Assembly: GCA_030264375.1 (NCBI GenBank)
Contig: JASCQW010000081.1
Coordinates: 93,656,477-93,720,476, forward strand
Direction of reading: 5' to 3'
Length of the DNA stretch: 64,000 nucleotides
DNA from: Carcharhinus longimanus
Lineage: Eukaryota
The notes beneath the pieces were generated by a model. That model saw only the letters and a program-made list of their open reading frames with translations, did not search any database and was not told where the DNA came from. This document shows, in pieces, positions 63,456 to 64,000 of this stretch (positions within the stretch are counted from its first letter, which is position 1; the number at the start of each line of letters is the position of its first letter). The translations under genes and the position numbers were made by a program.

Positions 63456-64000
63456 AGACATAATATTTTATTTGTTTTCCTTTCATTTGGAATCTATATC
63501 CGTTTGTTCTTCTTTTTGTTTTGTTTCCTGTGGAGGATATCCTACTCGTTAGACTGTTGATAAAACAAATAATTCAAGGTTCATCTCAAGTCCTGCATTG
63601 GACATTTTTATTTTTATCCAAGAAAGCAGTGCAATGTCTCCAGTTTATCTCTATCAGCAAAATTATTAATCCCTGCAATCGTCCTTTTGAACCTCGTGCA
63701 CAATTTATCAAGTGCCTTCACATCCTTCCTCAAGGTATGGCTCGGAAAATATGACCCAGTGTTTCATATGACGACGAAACAATATCTTATGTATGCTCAG
63801 TTTGCCGTTCTTATTGACGTAACCACTATCCATATCAATAAAACGGGAAATGCTGTTTCGTTTAAGAGATGATATTTCAAAATTTACTGACATTTTTATT
63901 GAATTTATTACGTATAGATTGACACCCTCTGTTCCTGCGGCTATTTTAGTGTTTCTTATTTCCTTCTATGTTGTTTATCAATATCTGTCCAGCCAAAATG

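Noticed and set aside
1-64000. CRISPR arrays, operons, rRNA or other prokaryotic systems
   Set aside because: No regularly spaced repeat-spacer array or gene-dense region; the sequence is vertebrate repeat-rich DNA.

Overview
Eukaryotic, repeat-rich, essentially non-coding DNA from a draft assembly with 11 N gaps. The repeat repertoire points to a cartilaginous fish, most likely a shark (inference). It includes HER1/CR1-type LINEs, HE1-type V-SINEs, a second tRNA-SINE/LINE pair, Penelope-like elements (PLEs) and a Rex1/Babar LINE. I recognise no host protein-coding gene. The ORF-track entries with a recognisable signal are transposon fragments, gap read-through or microsatellite frames. About half the window is retroelement debris of different ages. 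Most notable: (1) a young PLE with a 10-bp target-site duplication, inverted termini and a hammerhead-ribozyme core (37185-37479), plus a second PLE hammerhead at 5341-5376; (2) a minimal hammerhead-like core with a GUC triplet inside a tRNA-derived SINE (56401-56423); (3) a decayed Ty3/Gypsy fossil with Gmr1-type integrase-before-RT order; (4) a PIF/Harbinger transposase fossil; (5) a perfect 21-bp hairpin at a LINE/LINE junction; (6) a CpG-rich candidate promoter and first exon on the minus strand near 63.3-63.46 kb. Family calls come from manual translation and motif recognition, not database searches. Boundaries of old elements are approximate (about +/-50-100 bp).
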